Origin: an uncultured Clostridia bacterium
Lineage (GTDB): Bacteria; Bacillota; Clostridia; Lachnospirales; CAMVHY01
Length of the DNA: 35,288 bases
Assembly: GCA_946415665.1 (NCBI GenBank)
Contig: CAMKTI010000003.1
Span: forward strand, 1-35,288
Reading direction: 5' to 3'
The notes beneath the pieces were generated by a model. The model made no database searches and was not told the DNA's origin. It was given only the letters and a program-made list of their open reading frames with translations. Each line of letters starts with the position of its first letter. Position 1 is the first letter of the stretch. Shown piece after piece: positions 21,191 through 31,304 of this stretch. The position numbers and the translations under genes are program-made.

Positions 21191-21376
21191 ATAAACAAAA
21201 ATAAAAAGTAGCCGAAGAAAAATTATTTTTTATAGATTTTAAAGCTTAATCTAATATCAGATGCATAAAAATTTTTTTTGCCGTACACAAAAAACGCGCT
21301 TTTAAAACAAAGTTCGTTTTTTTTATTAATTGTGTTATAGTTTGCATAAATTAAATTAAAGGTGGCTGTGTTTTTT

Positions 21377-22816
21377 ATGTTAAACGGAATAAACATATTT
21401 ATAGAATCCGTTAATAATATGATATGGATTCCGATTTATTTTTTATTATTTTGGCTGGGAATTTATTTCACACTTAAGACCAATTTTTTACAAATTCGCA
21501 AATTTATATTTATGTTAAAAAAAACTTTTGGCAATGCAGCGGCAAAAAAAAATGCAAATACAAAAGGGGCTTTTACACCGTTGCAAGCAATAGCAACTTC
21601 TTTAGCAAGTACGATAGGAACCGGGAATATAGTTGGAGTTGCTGTGGCAATTACAGAAGGCGGGCCCGGGGCAATTTTTTGGATGTGGTTTATTGCTTTT
21701 TTTGGAATGCTAATAAAATATGCAGAAATAGTTTTGGCTTTGAAGTTTAGAGAAAAAAATAAAGACGGTGAATGGTGCGGCGGCCCAATGTATTATATAA
21801 AAAATGGTTTAAAAAATTCTGGGCTGGCATCCGTTTTCGCATTTGCCATGCTTTTTTCTTCGTTTGCTGGTGGTAATTTAATCCAAGTTCATTCGATAGC
21901 AAGCATTGTAAATGATTTTGTCGTTTTGCCTGAAATAAAAATAGCCGGCGGTTATTGTTTTAGCTTGGCGAAAATAATAGTTGGATTTTTGTTAGCGTTA
22001 TTAATTTGTTTAGTTGTTATCGGTGGTATGAAAAGCATCGGAAAAATAACTGAAAAACTTGTGCCGTTTATGAGTGTGTTTTATATTCTAGGCGTAATTT
22101 TTACTTTAACGATGAATTGTAGATTAATTCCCGGGGCATTTGTAAATATTTTTAGCGAGGCATTTAAATTAAAAAGTGCATTAGCTGGAGGAGTTGGTTA
22201 TGGAATTTCGAGAGCGCTGCATCATGGAATCGCACGTGGAACAAGTTCAAGTGAAGCAGGAATAGGAACTTCTCCGATTGCACAAGCAGCATCTGTTTTG
22301 AAAAATCCTGTTGAACAAGCATTATATGGAATTTTAGAAGTTTTTGTTTCGTCGTTTGTAATTTGTACGTTGACAGCTTTAGTAATTTTAACGAGCGGAA
22401 TTTATGATAAGAATATATATAGTAAAGCATTAGCGCTTGGAGCAAACGGTTTTAAAATAAGTAATTTAAGTGAAGGTGTTGTTTTATCGGCAAAATCTTT
22501 TGCTACGGTAATGGGCCCTAATTTTTCGAGAATTTTTATTATGGTTTGTGTTACTTGTTTTGCTTTATCAACTGTGATTGGATATTCTTATTATGGCGTG
22601 AAATCTTATGAATTTTTGTTTGAAAAAAAATTTATAGAGGTATATAAATTAATTTTTATAGCTGTTGTTGCTGTTGGACCGCTGATCGAGACAAAAATTG
22701 TTTGGGCATTAAGTGATATTTTTAATGCATTGATGGCAATTCCAAATTTAATTGGATTAATTTTTTTAAGTAAAGTTGTTTTGGACGAAACTAAAAAATA
22801 TTTTTCAGAACGATAA
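21377..22816 (+). CDS. Alanine/glycine:cation symporter (AGCS family)
   Basis: LASTIGTGNIVGVAVAITEGGPGAIFWMW, GGPMYYI, SEAGIGTS, LMAIPNLIGL; ATG 21377 is the likely start. Confidence 0.93.
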   Translation: MLNGINIFIESVNNMIWIPIYFLLFWLGIYFTLKTNFLQIRKFIFMLKKTFGNAAAKKNANTKGAFTPLQAIATSLASTIGTGNIVGVAVAITEGGPGAIFWMWFIAFFGMLIKYAEIVLALKFREKNKDGEWCGGPMYYIKNGLKNSGLASVFAFAMLFSSFAGGNLIQVHSIASIVNDFVVLPEIKIAGGYCFSLAKIIVGFLLALLICLVVIGGMKSIGKITEKLVPFMSVFYILGVIFTLTMNCRLIPGAFVNIFSEAFKLKSALAGGVGYGISRALHHGIARGTSSSEAGIGTSPIAQAASVLKNPVEQALYGILEVFVSSFVICTLTALVILTSGIYDKNIYSKALALGANGFKISNLSEGVVLSAKSFATVMGPNFSRIFIMVCVTCFALSTVIGYSYYGVKSYEFLFEKKFIEVYKLIFIAVVAVGPLIETKIVWALSDIFNALMAIPNLIGLIFLSKVVLDETKKYFSER

Positions 22817-23274
22817 TTTAGCCTGAAAATACTACTCCGTATAAGTTTTTGACGTTGATTTATATTAAAATTAATAAAAAAGATAGAGACAAAATGTTTT
22901 CCACCTCTATTTTTTTTTTTGTAAAATAAATATTCAGAAGCTCTATTATAGAGAATTAATCATTTCTTATCACCAAACTATAATTTTTCTTTATAATATA
23001 GTTAAAAATAAAATATTTAAGCACAAACAAATTCTCGGATTGGGATAAAAATCAGACCGAAAGTTTTTTGTTTGTTGGATAAAGATTTTGTATGAGTCGT
23101 ATTTTCTCGTCGAAAAATATTTTGGTAGAATAAACATTGCTTCTGAGTAGAAAATAAATTTTTATGAAATCAAAAAAGATATTTGGAAGGTTATTTTACG
23201 ACTAAAACCAAAAGAAATTATCAAGGCGAAATAATGTTTTTTGTTTTGGTTATGCCATAGTAAACGGTATTGAC

Positions 23275-24150
23275 TTAATATATTTCATAATACAAGTCTA
23301 ATGCTTTCTCAAGCTTTCTTGCGTCTGCAAAGAATCGATTATGATTGGCTTCACGTCTTGTGACACGCCACACTTGTTCTATCGGATTTAGATCCGGAGA
23401 ATATGGCGGAAGGTACACGAACACGACCTGATCATTTATAAAACGCTTTGCTTTTTTATGCCAGGGAGCATTATCCATAATCATGTAGTACTTGCATCCT
23501 TCCGGAGCGGGACATTCGGTAAGAAATGATCTTATGGATTCTATCGTGGTCTTGTAATGAAACCAGCTTGGCTTATGGGCAAAAAACTTTCCGGTGGGCG
23601 ATGTTACAAATCCACTATAAAAAATCTTATTTCCTCTTGGGTATGATTTCACATTAGTCTTGGAGCTTTTTGGAGCTCACATTGAAGTCACACTTGTTTC
23701 TGCCATAAATTGAAGATGCGCTGGCACTGGCGGACACTTAGTTCAACGTCACAATCATATGTCTCTTTTATGTAATCAGAAAGCGTTATGCTGTTCCAAA
23801 CATAGCAACCAGGTTCAGCTGCCGGTTTCAAAAGAGCCTCTTTGATTTTTGCCATTTGCTCATCGCTAAGTTTTGGTTTTTTGCCAGGTTGTTTTTTGGC
23901 GCGAAGAACCTCAAAACCTCCCTCATCAACCTTTTTGACCCATTCGGAAAGTGTACGTTGTAACATAAAGTTAACCTAACCATAGCCACACGAAAAACAT
24001 ATTTTGTATCGTCAGATTGATTTACTATACTCTTGCCTTCGCGTAGCAGTCCTTTTGGATTATGTATAAAGCTTCTTGTATTCATACTCATAGCCCTCCT
24101 CTGACCTTTGTATATAATACCACATTTAAGACGTTTGTAATAGGCAATTA
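23275..24150 (-). mobile_element. IS630-family element, frameshifted transposase pseudogene
   Basis: HTH part (LSEWVKKVDEGGFEVL...PGKKPKLSDEQM...SVRQCQRIF) and DDE part (IMDNAPWH, YLPPYSPDLNPIEQVW) in broken frames; element ends not resolved. Confidence 0.88.
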
Positions 24151-24951
24151 TCATTGTTGTTTACTATAGAACGAAAGCTGAAGAAATCTTGGAGTTATTG
24201 TTATTTTTCGGTGGAATAGTTTTTGTCTCTTTGATTTTACTTGAATTTTTACCATTTGGATGCTGGAGAATCGGTGTGTGCTACATTTGCTTTTGTTGGC
24301 GCAAGTCGTTTTGTTCTCACTAACAGTTTTACAGAAGATCATAATATGTACGAAAATAATCCTGGGCAAGGCTTTGTCGATAACGCATCGGGAGTTTTCC
24401 TGTTTTTTAAGTTGATTGTTTTTCCTACGTTTTTAGTTGTTGCCGGAATTGTACTTATAGTTTTTGGATTCGGTCAGCTTGGTGTTTTAGGTTTTTGTTT
24501 TGGAATGCCAAGTTTAGGCTTATCAATTATGGCACTGATAAATATTGTTTGTGGTAATCGTGGCATGTGTAATGGCTATGAAAATTATAATGATAATTTT
24601 TGGTACACTCACAATTCTGATAATTTATGGAGCACCTTTATGATCATGACTGGTTTCATGTCTATTACTATATTTGAAATTTTGGAATTGATGTGAGTTT
24701 GTACTTGGCAAACTGTTTTAGCTCTCGGTTCACCAGTAATTGCTTTTGCTATATCGATTGTAATTATTTTTGGTGTTACGTATGGCATATATAAATATAG
24801 GTGTAATTTAAGCCCAAAAGTTCAAAACTTAAAATATCAAAATAAAAATTCTAGTAATTTTATACAAATATTAAATCAAAAAAACCGGAAAGAAGATGAA
24901 AAACCGCATTGCTGGTTTTTAGGTCTTGGTTTTGGCATAAGAGAACACTGA
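24151..24951 (+). pseudogene. Disrupted orphan multi-pass membrane protein
   Basis: ORF 24241..24696 has TM segments; the same frame continues past TGA with another TM (LALGSPVIAFAISIVIIFGVTYGI) to TGA 24949-24951; upstream TM segment in another frame abuts the IS630. Confidence 0.6.
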
Positions 24952-24999
24952 AGATTAAAAAAAAATATCTATCTTTCAAGAAGAGATAATTTAAAACAC

Positions 25000-25028
25000 T
25001 TGACACACATTATTTTTTACTTTACACT
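25000..25028 (+). promoter_or_regulatory. Sigma-A-like promoter upstream of tagA
   Basis: TTGACA-17 bp-TACACT. Confidence 0.55.
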
Positions 25029-25280
25029 GGAAACAACCTATTGAAATTCAATTTTAGTTTGGTTGTTTTTTTCTTGGTTATTTTCTGTGTTGTTAAAAAA
25101 ATTTGCTAATCGGTTTTGAATTTGTTTTGTTTGAGAAAATATTTTCTCATGTTACAAAAAAGGTAAAGATATCTCAAAGAAAATTACGAAATAAATTAAA
25201 AATTGAAAGATAGCAAAGAATTTTATTGATGTCTTGAGGAAAGTAAAATAATGATTTTAAATATTTTAGAAGGGTTTATT

Positions 25281-26003
25281 ATGAAAACAAATATTCTTGA
25301 TATAAATTTTGATGTAACTAATTTTAATGATGTGATAGAGAAAATATTTGATTGTATTGAGCAAAAGAAAAAATGTTTTATTGTGACTCCGAATCCGGAA
25401 ATTGTTATGTCGGCACAAAAAGATTTGGATTTGAAAAAAATAATTAATCAGGCTGATTTGGTTTTGCCAGACGGGATTGGAGTTGTTTTTGCATCGCAGT
25501 TAAATAAAAATAAAATTAAAAAACGGATCACAGGTTATGATCTTGTGCAAAAAATTTTTTTAATGAGCGAAAAAAAAAATTTTAGTGTTTATTTTTTAGG
25601 CGGAAAAGAAGATATTGTTGAGCTGGCAAAAAAAAATATGGAAAAGAAATTTAATAAGCTAAAAATTGTTGGCTGTAATAATGGATTTTTTAGCGAAGAA
25701 AAGAAAGTTGTAAAGAAAATAAATTTTGTCAAGCCAGATATTTTGTTAGTAGGAATGGGTTCGCCAAAACAAGAAAAATTTATTTTTAAATATAAAGATG
25801 AGATTGATGCGAAAATTTTTATTGGCATAGGTGGAAGTTTTGATGTGATGTCAGGAAAAATTAAGCGCGCACCAAAAATTTTTATAGATTTAAATTTAGA
25901 GTGGTTTTATAGATTTATGAAGGAGCCAAAAAGATTTTTTAGATTAATGGCTTTGCCAAGATTTTTATTTAAAGTCGTCGCGGAAAAGATTTTTCGCGCA
26001 TAA
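25281..26003 (+). CDS. tagA: WecB/TagA/CpsF family glycosyltransferase
   Basis: IVTPNPE, ADLVLPDGIGVV, RITGYDL, LVGMGSPKQE, GIGGSFD, KRAP, LEWFYR. Confidence 0.92.
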   Translation: MKTNILDINFDVTNFNDVIEKIFDCIEQKKKCFIVTPNPEIVMSAQKDLDLKKIINQADLVLPDGIGVVFASQLNKNKIKKRITGYDLVQKIFLMSEKKNFSVYFLGGKEDIVELAKKNMEKKFNKLKIVGCNNGFFSEEKKVVKKINFVKPDILLVGMGSPKQEKFIFKYKDEIDAKIFIGIGGSFDVMSGKIKRAPKIFIDLNLEWFYRFMKEPKRFFRLMALPRFLFKVVAEKIFRA

Positions 26004-26049
26004 AAGTAAATAATAAAAAATATATATTGCACAGAGGAGGACTTGCTGT

Positions 26050-26904
26050 ATGAAAAAATTTTTATTGGCAAGCTTTTTTTGTGCGTTTTTATTTATAAAT
26101 CTGTTTTTTAAAAAAAATATTATCGCAAAAGAAATTATTTATGGGACAGATAAAATTATTACGCGAGCTGAAGTTGCTAAAATGATAAGTTTTATTTACG
26201 GAAATAAAAAAGATATTTTGGAGTGTTATAAAAATCGAGAAATAAATTTTTTAGATAGCGAAATAAATGATTGGTTTGATAAATATATAAATTTTGTGTT
26301 TAAAAAAAAAATAATGACTGGGACGAGTGAAAATAAATTTGAGCCGGAAAAATATTTAAATTTAAATCAGGCGCAGATTTTACTGGATAAAATAAATGTG
26401 GATAATAAAATAAAAATAAAAATGGATGATGAAAATAAAAATAAATTTGTTTCGTATTCGTTATGGGTGAAATTATTTTTGGATTTGTTGAGTGATTTAG
26501 AAATTAAAAATATAAAACAGAAAGAAATAATTGTTTTAGCAACGCATAAGCAAAATAAAAAAGATATATTAAAAAATTTTTTGGTGAGCGATAAAAATTA
26601 TTTTTGTCATGAGGGAATTGATTTTGATTTTTATGAGAAAAAAGTAAAAGTTTTGGTTTGTGAGCAAGAAATTTTAGCGATTATAAATTATGATTTTGAT
26701 TTTGATGTTGAGTTTAAAATTAATAAAAAAACAGAAAATAAAATTTGGGCCGAAAATGATTTGCTAAAAAGATGTTTTTATTTAAAAAAAGATTTGCAGG
26801 GGAAAAAAATTAATATGAATAAAAATTATGTTTTAAAAATAAAATCAGGAGAAGTGATTGATTTTGATGAGTTAAATAATTTTAATGAGCGAAAAAAAAA
26901 TTAG
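26050..26904 (+). CDS. Secreted SLH-domain protein
   Basis: Signal peptide; ITRAEVAKMI and FLD...WFDKYI...IMTG...FEPEK SLH-like motifs; AGGAGG RBS. Confidence 0.65.
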   Translation: MKKFLLASFFCAFLFINLFFKKNIIAKEIIYGTDKIITRAEVAKMISFIYGNKKDILECYKNREINFLDSEINDWFDKYINFVFKKKIMTGTSENKFEPEKYLNLNQAQILLDKINVDNKIKIKMDDENKNKFVSYSLWVKLFLDLLSDLEIKNIKQKEIIVLATHKQNKKDILKNFLVSDKNYFCHEGIDFDFYEKKVKVLVCEQEILAIINYDFDFDVEFKINKKTENKIWAENDLLKRCFYLKKDLQGKKINMNKNYVLKIKSGEVIDFDELNNFNERKKN

Positions 26905-27429
26905 TATTAAGCCGGAAATAAAGATTAATTTATTTTGGTTTATGTTTAGAAATAAGATTTTTCTGCCAAAAAAAATGCCGAGAGATAAAAAAATATATTG
27001 GAAAACAGCGGTTAAAATCGGTAAAAAAAAAGTATTATTTTGGATTAAAGAAAAAGCAATGCCAGAACCAATTGAGTCGATGGATAAGGCAACTCCTAAA
27101 AAAAAAGCGCGCAATGGCTTTTTAATTTTGGTTTTAATTATTTTGTTTTTGTCGATGAAATTATTTTGATTGTGATAAAAACTTTTGCGAATTAAATTTA
27201 TGCCTATAAAGAATAAAAAACTTGAGCCGATTAAATTTGTTATTTTGCTTGAAAAAATATTTTTTAGATAAGAGCCGATTGCTAAAGCCAAAAAAGTTAT
27301 TAAAAAAGAAATGATTGCGATTATAAATTTATAAATAAACTCGATTTTTATTTTTAATGCTCCATATGTAATTCCGATTACAAAAGAATCAATGCTGAGA
27401 GAAATCGCCATTAATATAACTGTAAACAT
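26872..27429 (-). CDS. ytaF: YtaF/MntP-family membrane protein
   Basis: Duplicated A(I/L)SLSIDS motif (AISLSIDSFVIGITYG; GVALSIDSIGSG); about six TM helices. Confidence 0.78.
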   Translation of the reverse strand: MFTVILMAISLSIDSFVIGITYGALKIKIEFIYKFIIAIISFLITFLALAIGSYLKNIFSSKITNLIGSSFLFFIGINLIRKSFYHNQNNFIDKNKIIKTKIKKPLRAFFLGVALSIDSIGSGIAFSLIQNNTFFLPILTAVFQYIFLSLGIFFGRKILFLNINQNKLIFISGLILIFFSLIKII

Positions 27430-27585
27430 TGTTGCCTCCGAAATTTTTAATTTAAAATTAATTTATAATATGTGACAAGCAGAAAAACAGTTAAAAAAAA
27501 CTTGTTTTAGACAGCAACAAAAAAAGCACATCAAGAACGACGCGCTTTAGTTTTTTTTATTCTTTAATTCTTGGAGTTCAACGAT

Positions 27586-28434
27586 TTATAAAATGTCAGT
27601 TTTTTCAATAACTTCACAATCCGACGGAATTTTATTATATCGATTTTCTTTGTCGACCTGTTGAAATGATGTAGCCCATTCATTTTCGTTTTGATATTTA
27701 AAAAAGTAAATATCTGTTCTAAGTTTTTGTCTGTTAAAATAAACATTACAAAAGGTAACAACAAGTTTTGAAGCCACTGCCACAATCGCTAACACAAAAA
27801 GCCATTTCGGTACCGTTATTAAAAAACATGAGACAACCGTTATCCAAAACGAGATACCAACAATAATGTGTAATATATTACAATATATCGATTTCCATTT
27901 TGTTTCACGGTAGATGTTTTCTCCTGATAAAAAATTTTTTCCAACAAAACCACCAAAATATATATTTCCAATAATCCTAAAAAAATCACCAATCAAAGTA
28001 GTCGGTTTATTTTTATAAAATTTATCACCATATTCATAAAATTTGGCATGATTTTTCGCCTGTTTTTCCACTTTTTGTTGTTTTTTTTTTGACCGTTTTA
28101 TGTAATCGTCGCGGTAAAGAATAGCACCCAGTACAATTAAACATAAATTAGCCGCCATTGCCACAATCACCAATACAAAAAGCCATGTTGGCAGTGTTAT
28201 TAAAAAATACGAAACAAACAATACTACAGGTAATGATTCGATTGTTAGAAAAAAAATGTTACTAACGAAACCCAAAAACCTATTTAGAATCTCTTCTCCC
28301 GCAACTAAACCAATAAAACCACCGAAATAAATATGTGCAAGCACTTCAAAAAAACAAACTAACAAGTTAGGTTTTCGCGGCGCTTGGGGATTTTCCCCTC
28401 CCGCAAAATCAATTTTTTTTTCACTATTTTCCAT
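27586..28434 (-). CDS. Orphan membrane protein with internal duplication, paralog 1
   Basis: Two copies of P..L...FF....IYFGGF(I/V)G ... S(Y/C)FLIT(L/V)P(T/K)WLFVL.IV; ATG 28434 (MENSEKK) behind GGAGG. Confidence 0.85.
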   Translation of the reverse strand: MENSEKKIDFAGGENPQAPRKPNLLVCFFEVLAHIYFGGFIGLVAGEEILNRFLGFVSNIFFLTIESLPVVLFVSYFLITLPTWLFVLVIVAMAANLCLIVLGAILYRDDYIKRSKKKQQKVEKQAKNHAKFYEYGDKFYKNKPTTLIGDFFRIIGNIYFGGFVGKNFLSGENIYRETKWKSIYCNILHIIVGISFWITVVSCFLITVPKWLFVLAIVAVASKLVVTFCNVYFNRQKLRTDIYFFKYQNENEWATSFQQVDKENRYNKIPSDCEVIEKTDIL

Positions 28435-28519
28435 TTTTATTTTAACCTCCACTTTTTAATAATATTTTGGATTAAGTGTTAAACCAAAAAAGATGTCATT
28501 TAACATACCCCACATAATA

Positions 28520-28548
28520 ATCTTAAAACATTTTTTTTTATTTGTCAA
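28520..28548 (-). promoter_or_regulatory. Sigma-A promoter of paralog 1
   Basis: TTGACA-17 bp (containing A9)-TAAGAT. Confidence 0.7.
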
Positions 28549-28592
28549 GATCTAAACCAAAAATTTTTATAAGCTTCATGATTTTTAGACAT

Positions 28593-28637
28593 AAAAAAAT
28601 ACATGCTCGTTTTATTTTTTCACAAGCATGTATTTTT
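28593..28637. terminator. Hairpin terminator between the paralogs
   Basis: AAAAATACATGCT...AGCATGTATTTTT inverted repeat. Confidence 0.65.
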
Positions 28638-28713
28638 GTTATCGCTAAAAATTTTTTTCCTTGCCACAAGTGAATTACCTTTTTCGACTCACTCAAATTA
28701 TCACTAAACGTTC

Positions 28714-29556
28714 TTATCGATGTAAAACATTTTGTGAACTAATAGATTCAAAATCCGGAACATCAGCTCGATTTTCTTCTCCTACCTGCTTAAGTGATGC
28801 ATGGACTATACTTTCGCCTCGGCATTTACAGAAGAAAAGATCTTTCATTGCTGTTTGTCTCTTACAATAAGAAACACAAAAGTTATTAGCCAATTTTACA
28901 ACCGCCGCTACAATCGCCAATACAAAAAGCCATGTTGGTACCGTTATGAAAAAACACGGAATAACCAGAGCCCAAAAACAGAGCATGTAAATGATCACGT
29001 TAATATTATATTTAGCCATGTCCAATCTCTTGATTTTTTCTCCGTACATAAAATCTTTCCCAAACAAAAAAGCAAGATACTTAGTTCCAATATATCTAAA
29101 AAAATCGCCAATCAAAGTAGTCGGTCTGTTTTTATAAAATACACCGGCATATTTGTAACACTTGACATGATTTTTTGCCTTTTCTTCTGCTTTTTGTTGT
29201 TTCTTTTCTGAAGATTTTGTTTGTGTCTGACGTGAGTCCGGGACTTTTTGTGCCATATTGGTTGCAATTACCAAATTGTATAAATCAACAACCATCTTTA
29301 CAATCGCCAACACAAAAAGCCATGTCGGCAGTGTTATTAAAAAATAAGAAACAAACAACACTATAGGTAATAGTTTGATTATTAGAACAAAGATGTTACT
29401 AATGGAATCTAAAAACCTGTTCGAATACTTTTTTTCAAAAAATAAATCTTTCCCAATAAAACCACTTAAAAAAGTATTTACAAGTACTTTAAAAAAACAA
29501 GTGAACCAGCTCGGCTTTCGAGGCAGTTTTTTCTCAAGATCAAGTTTTTTTTCCAT
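28714..29556 (-). CDS. Orphan membrane protein with internal duplication, paralog 2
   Basis: Colinear with paralog 1 (PRKP, VLFVSYFLITLPTWLFVL, KKQQK.E..AKNH, FYKN.PTTLIGDFFR); upstream ~120 bp also duplicated. Confidence 0.85.
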   Translation of the reverse strand: MEKKLDLEKKLPRKPSWFTCFFKVLVNTFLSGFIGKDLFFEKKYSNRFLDSISNIFVLIIKLLPIVLFVSYFLITLPTWLFVLAIVKMVVDLYNLVIATNMAQKVPDSRQTQTKSSEKKQQKAEEKAKNHVKCYKYAGVFYKNRPTTLIGDFFRYIGTKYLAFLFGKDFMYGEKIKRLDMAKYNINVIIYMLCFWALVIPCFFITVPTWLFVLAIVAAVVKLANNFCVSYCKRQTAMKDLFFCKCRGESIVHASLKQVGEENRADVPDFESISSQNVLHR

Positions 29557-29676
29557 TTTTTATTTTAACCTCCATTATTTAACAATATTTTGGAAATAAG
29601 CATCAAACAAATAAAATGTCATTTAACACCGCCTTCATAACAATTTTAAAACATTTTTTTTATTTGTCAAGATTTA

Positions 29677-30369
29677 GAGAGCGTTCACATAAAAAACAAG
29701 TCAAAAATAAAAGCAATGGAGATGGTAGAGATAAAAATAGAATCAAGCTTATCGTAGCGAGTAAAAACTTTTCTAAAACATTTCAATCTCAGGAAATATC
29801 TTTCGATATTATTGCGTTGTTTATAAAGTTGTTTATCATAACTCCAAGGCAACTTACGATTTTTTTTTAGGCGGGACAACAGTCTTAAACCCGTGATCCT
29901 CGGCTAAAACTAAAGTTTTATCACCTTCGGGAGCATCGTGATAATTACCAGGAGACAAACGAAAAATCGCCGGACATGAAGATATACAACATGGGTACAA
30001 TTTTGTTGTTAACTTTCTTTTGAACATCTGATGCTTTGTTACTGATTATTTTTATTCTTGTTTGCATCTGGACTCACCTTTATGCTCGTACTATCAATAA
30101 AGAATATATAATCTTCTTCATTAAGAAGTTTTTGCTTTTTCATAGCTTCTAAACTTAAGGTTGTAAAAAAAAACAATAGCTTTTGGCAATTGTACCATTC
30201 CATATTTTTTTGGTAATACCCTCCATTTGCAACCATTCTCTATTATGTAAAGCATTGCATACATGAATTTGTAGATTTGATATTTTCGCCGACTTCCTTG
30301 CTATCGGCATTAATTCCTCTAGCTTTTTACATTGTAGTTTTGTCAGTTTCATTTTTCTATCTTACCACT
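29677..30369 (-). mobile_element. IS5-family 'type B' copy, frameshifted, left end lost
   Basis: Right IR GAGAGCGTTCACATAAAA after TA; fragments MKLTKLQCKKL, FIDSTSIKVSPDA, YKQRNNIERYFLRLK..RKVFTRYDKL. Confidence 0.9.
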
Positions 30370-30473
30370 GTGCAATACTTTACATAAAAGAGAATGGTTT
30401 CAAATAAAGAGTACTACCAAAAAAATATAAAAATTGGCACATAACTAAACTTTAGATTGAATAAATATTGAGT

Positions 30474-30502
30474 TTGACAATGATCGTGTTGAAATATAAA
30501 AT
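30474..30502 (+). promoter_or_regulatory. Sigma-A promoter upstream of the truncated acyltransferase copy
   Basis: TTGACA-17 bp-TAAAAT. Confidence 0.65.
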
Positions 30503-30613
30503 TCCGTAGAAATAATTTTTGCAATTAAATTAATGGCTAAATAATTTTAAGCATGTTGTTTTTATTTTATGTTTATGAATCAAAAAATTTAATAAGAGGC
30601 TGATTTTGAAATA

Positions 30614-30841
30614 ATGAGTGAAGAACGAGAAAAAATAATTTTGCCAGACAGAAAAATTTATTTGGATTATTTGAGAGTGTTTGCAATTTTTGCAATGATA
30701 ATGTTACATGTGGCAAGTCAAAATTGGGCTTATATAAATGTAAATAGTTCTACTTGGCAAATATTTAATTTTTTTGATGGAATTTTAAGATGGTGTGTAC
30801 CGATTTTCGTAATGATAAGCGGAAATTTATTTTTTGGATAA
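30614..30841 (+). pseudogene. 5' fragment duplicate of the acyltransferase at 33898
   Basis: First 73 codons nearly identical to 33898.. (one amino-acid difference, several silent changes); RBS region also duplicated. Confidence 0.93.
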
Positions 30842-31232
30842 AAAAATTTATGATGAGAAAAAAAATTATTATTTAAGTGAGCTAGAAAAAGTTAGCCATG
30901 GAATTTATTCGAGTGGGTTTTATTTGGGTGATAAAAAAAATGAAATTTATGAGAGTAGCAGTTATATAAATAATTATGATTTTGTCGGGATAGTAAAGGA
31001 TTTTGACGAGAAAAATTTTTTTGCAGTGGTTGAGCAGAGAAATAAAATTAAAATCGGGGATGAAATAGAAATTTTAGGCAAGAAAAAGATTTTTTATATG
31101 AAAGTAAAGGAAATGTTTGATAATGATGGAAATGAAATAAAAGAAGCACCGCATGCGCAACAGATTATAAAAATTAAAATGGATTTTAAGATTGAAAAAA
31201 TGGATTTAATGAGAAGAAAAATAGTTTGTTGA
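30834..31232 (+). pseudogene. C-terminal fragment of a U32-family (TrhP/YegQ-like) protein
   Basis: ELEKVSH..YSSGFY, YDFVGIV, VEQRNKIKIGDEIEI, EAPHAQQ, DLMRR match the U32 C-terminal domain; catalytic domain and RBS absent. Confidence 0.75.
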
Positions 31233-31304
31233 ATATAAGTAAAATTAGTTTTTGAGCGTAAAGAATATATGGCAAATATAAAAATTTTGTTTGCAGTTGA
31301 TTAA

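Noticed and set aside
23210-24152. Terminal inverted repeats for the IS630
   Set aside because: No convincing pair found; AATTATC occurs at both sides but is too short to define the ends.
24694-24696. In-frame TGA as evidence of a recoded genetic code
   Set aside because: topA ends in TGA at its expected length and Trp is encoded by TGG in conserved genes; a nonsense mutation is simpler.
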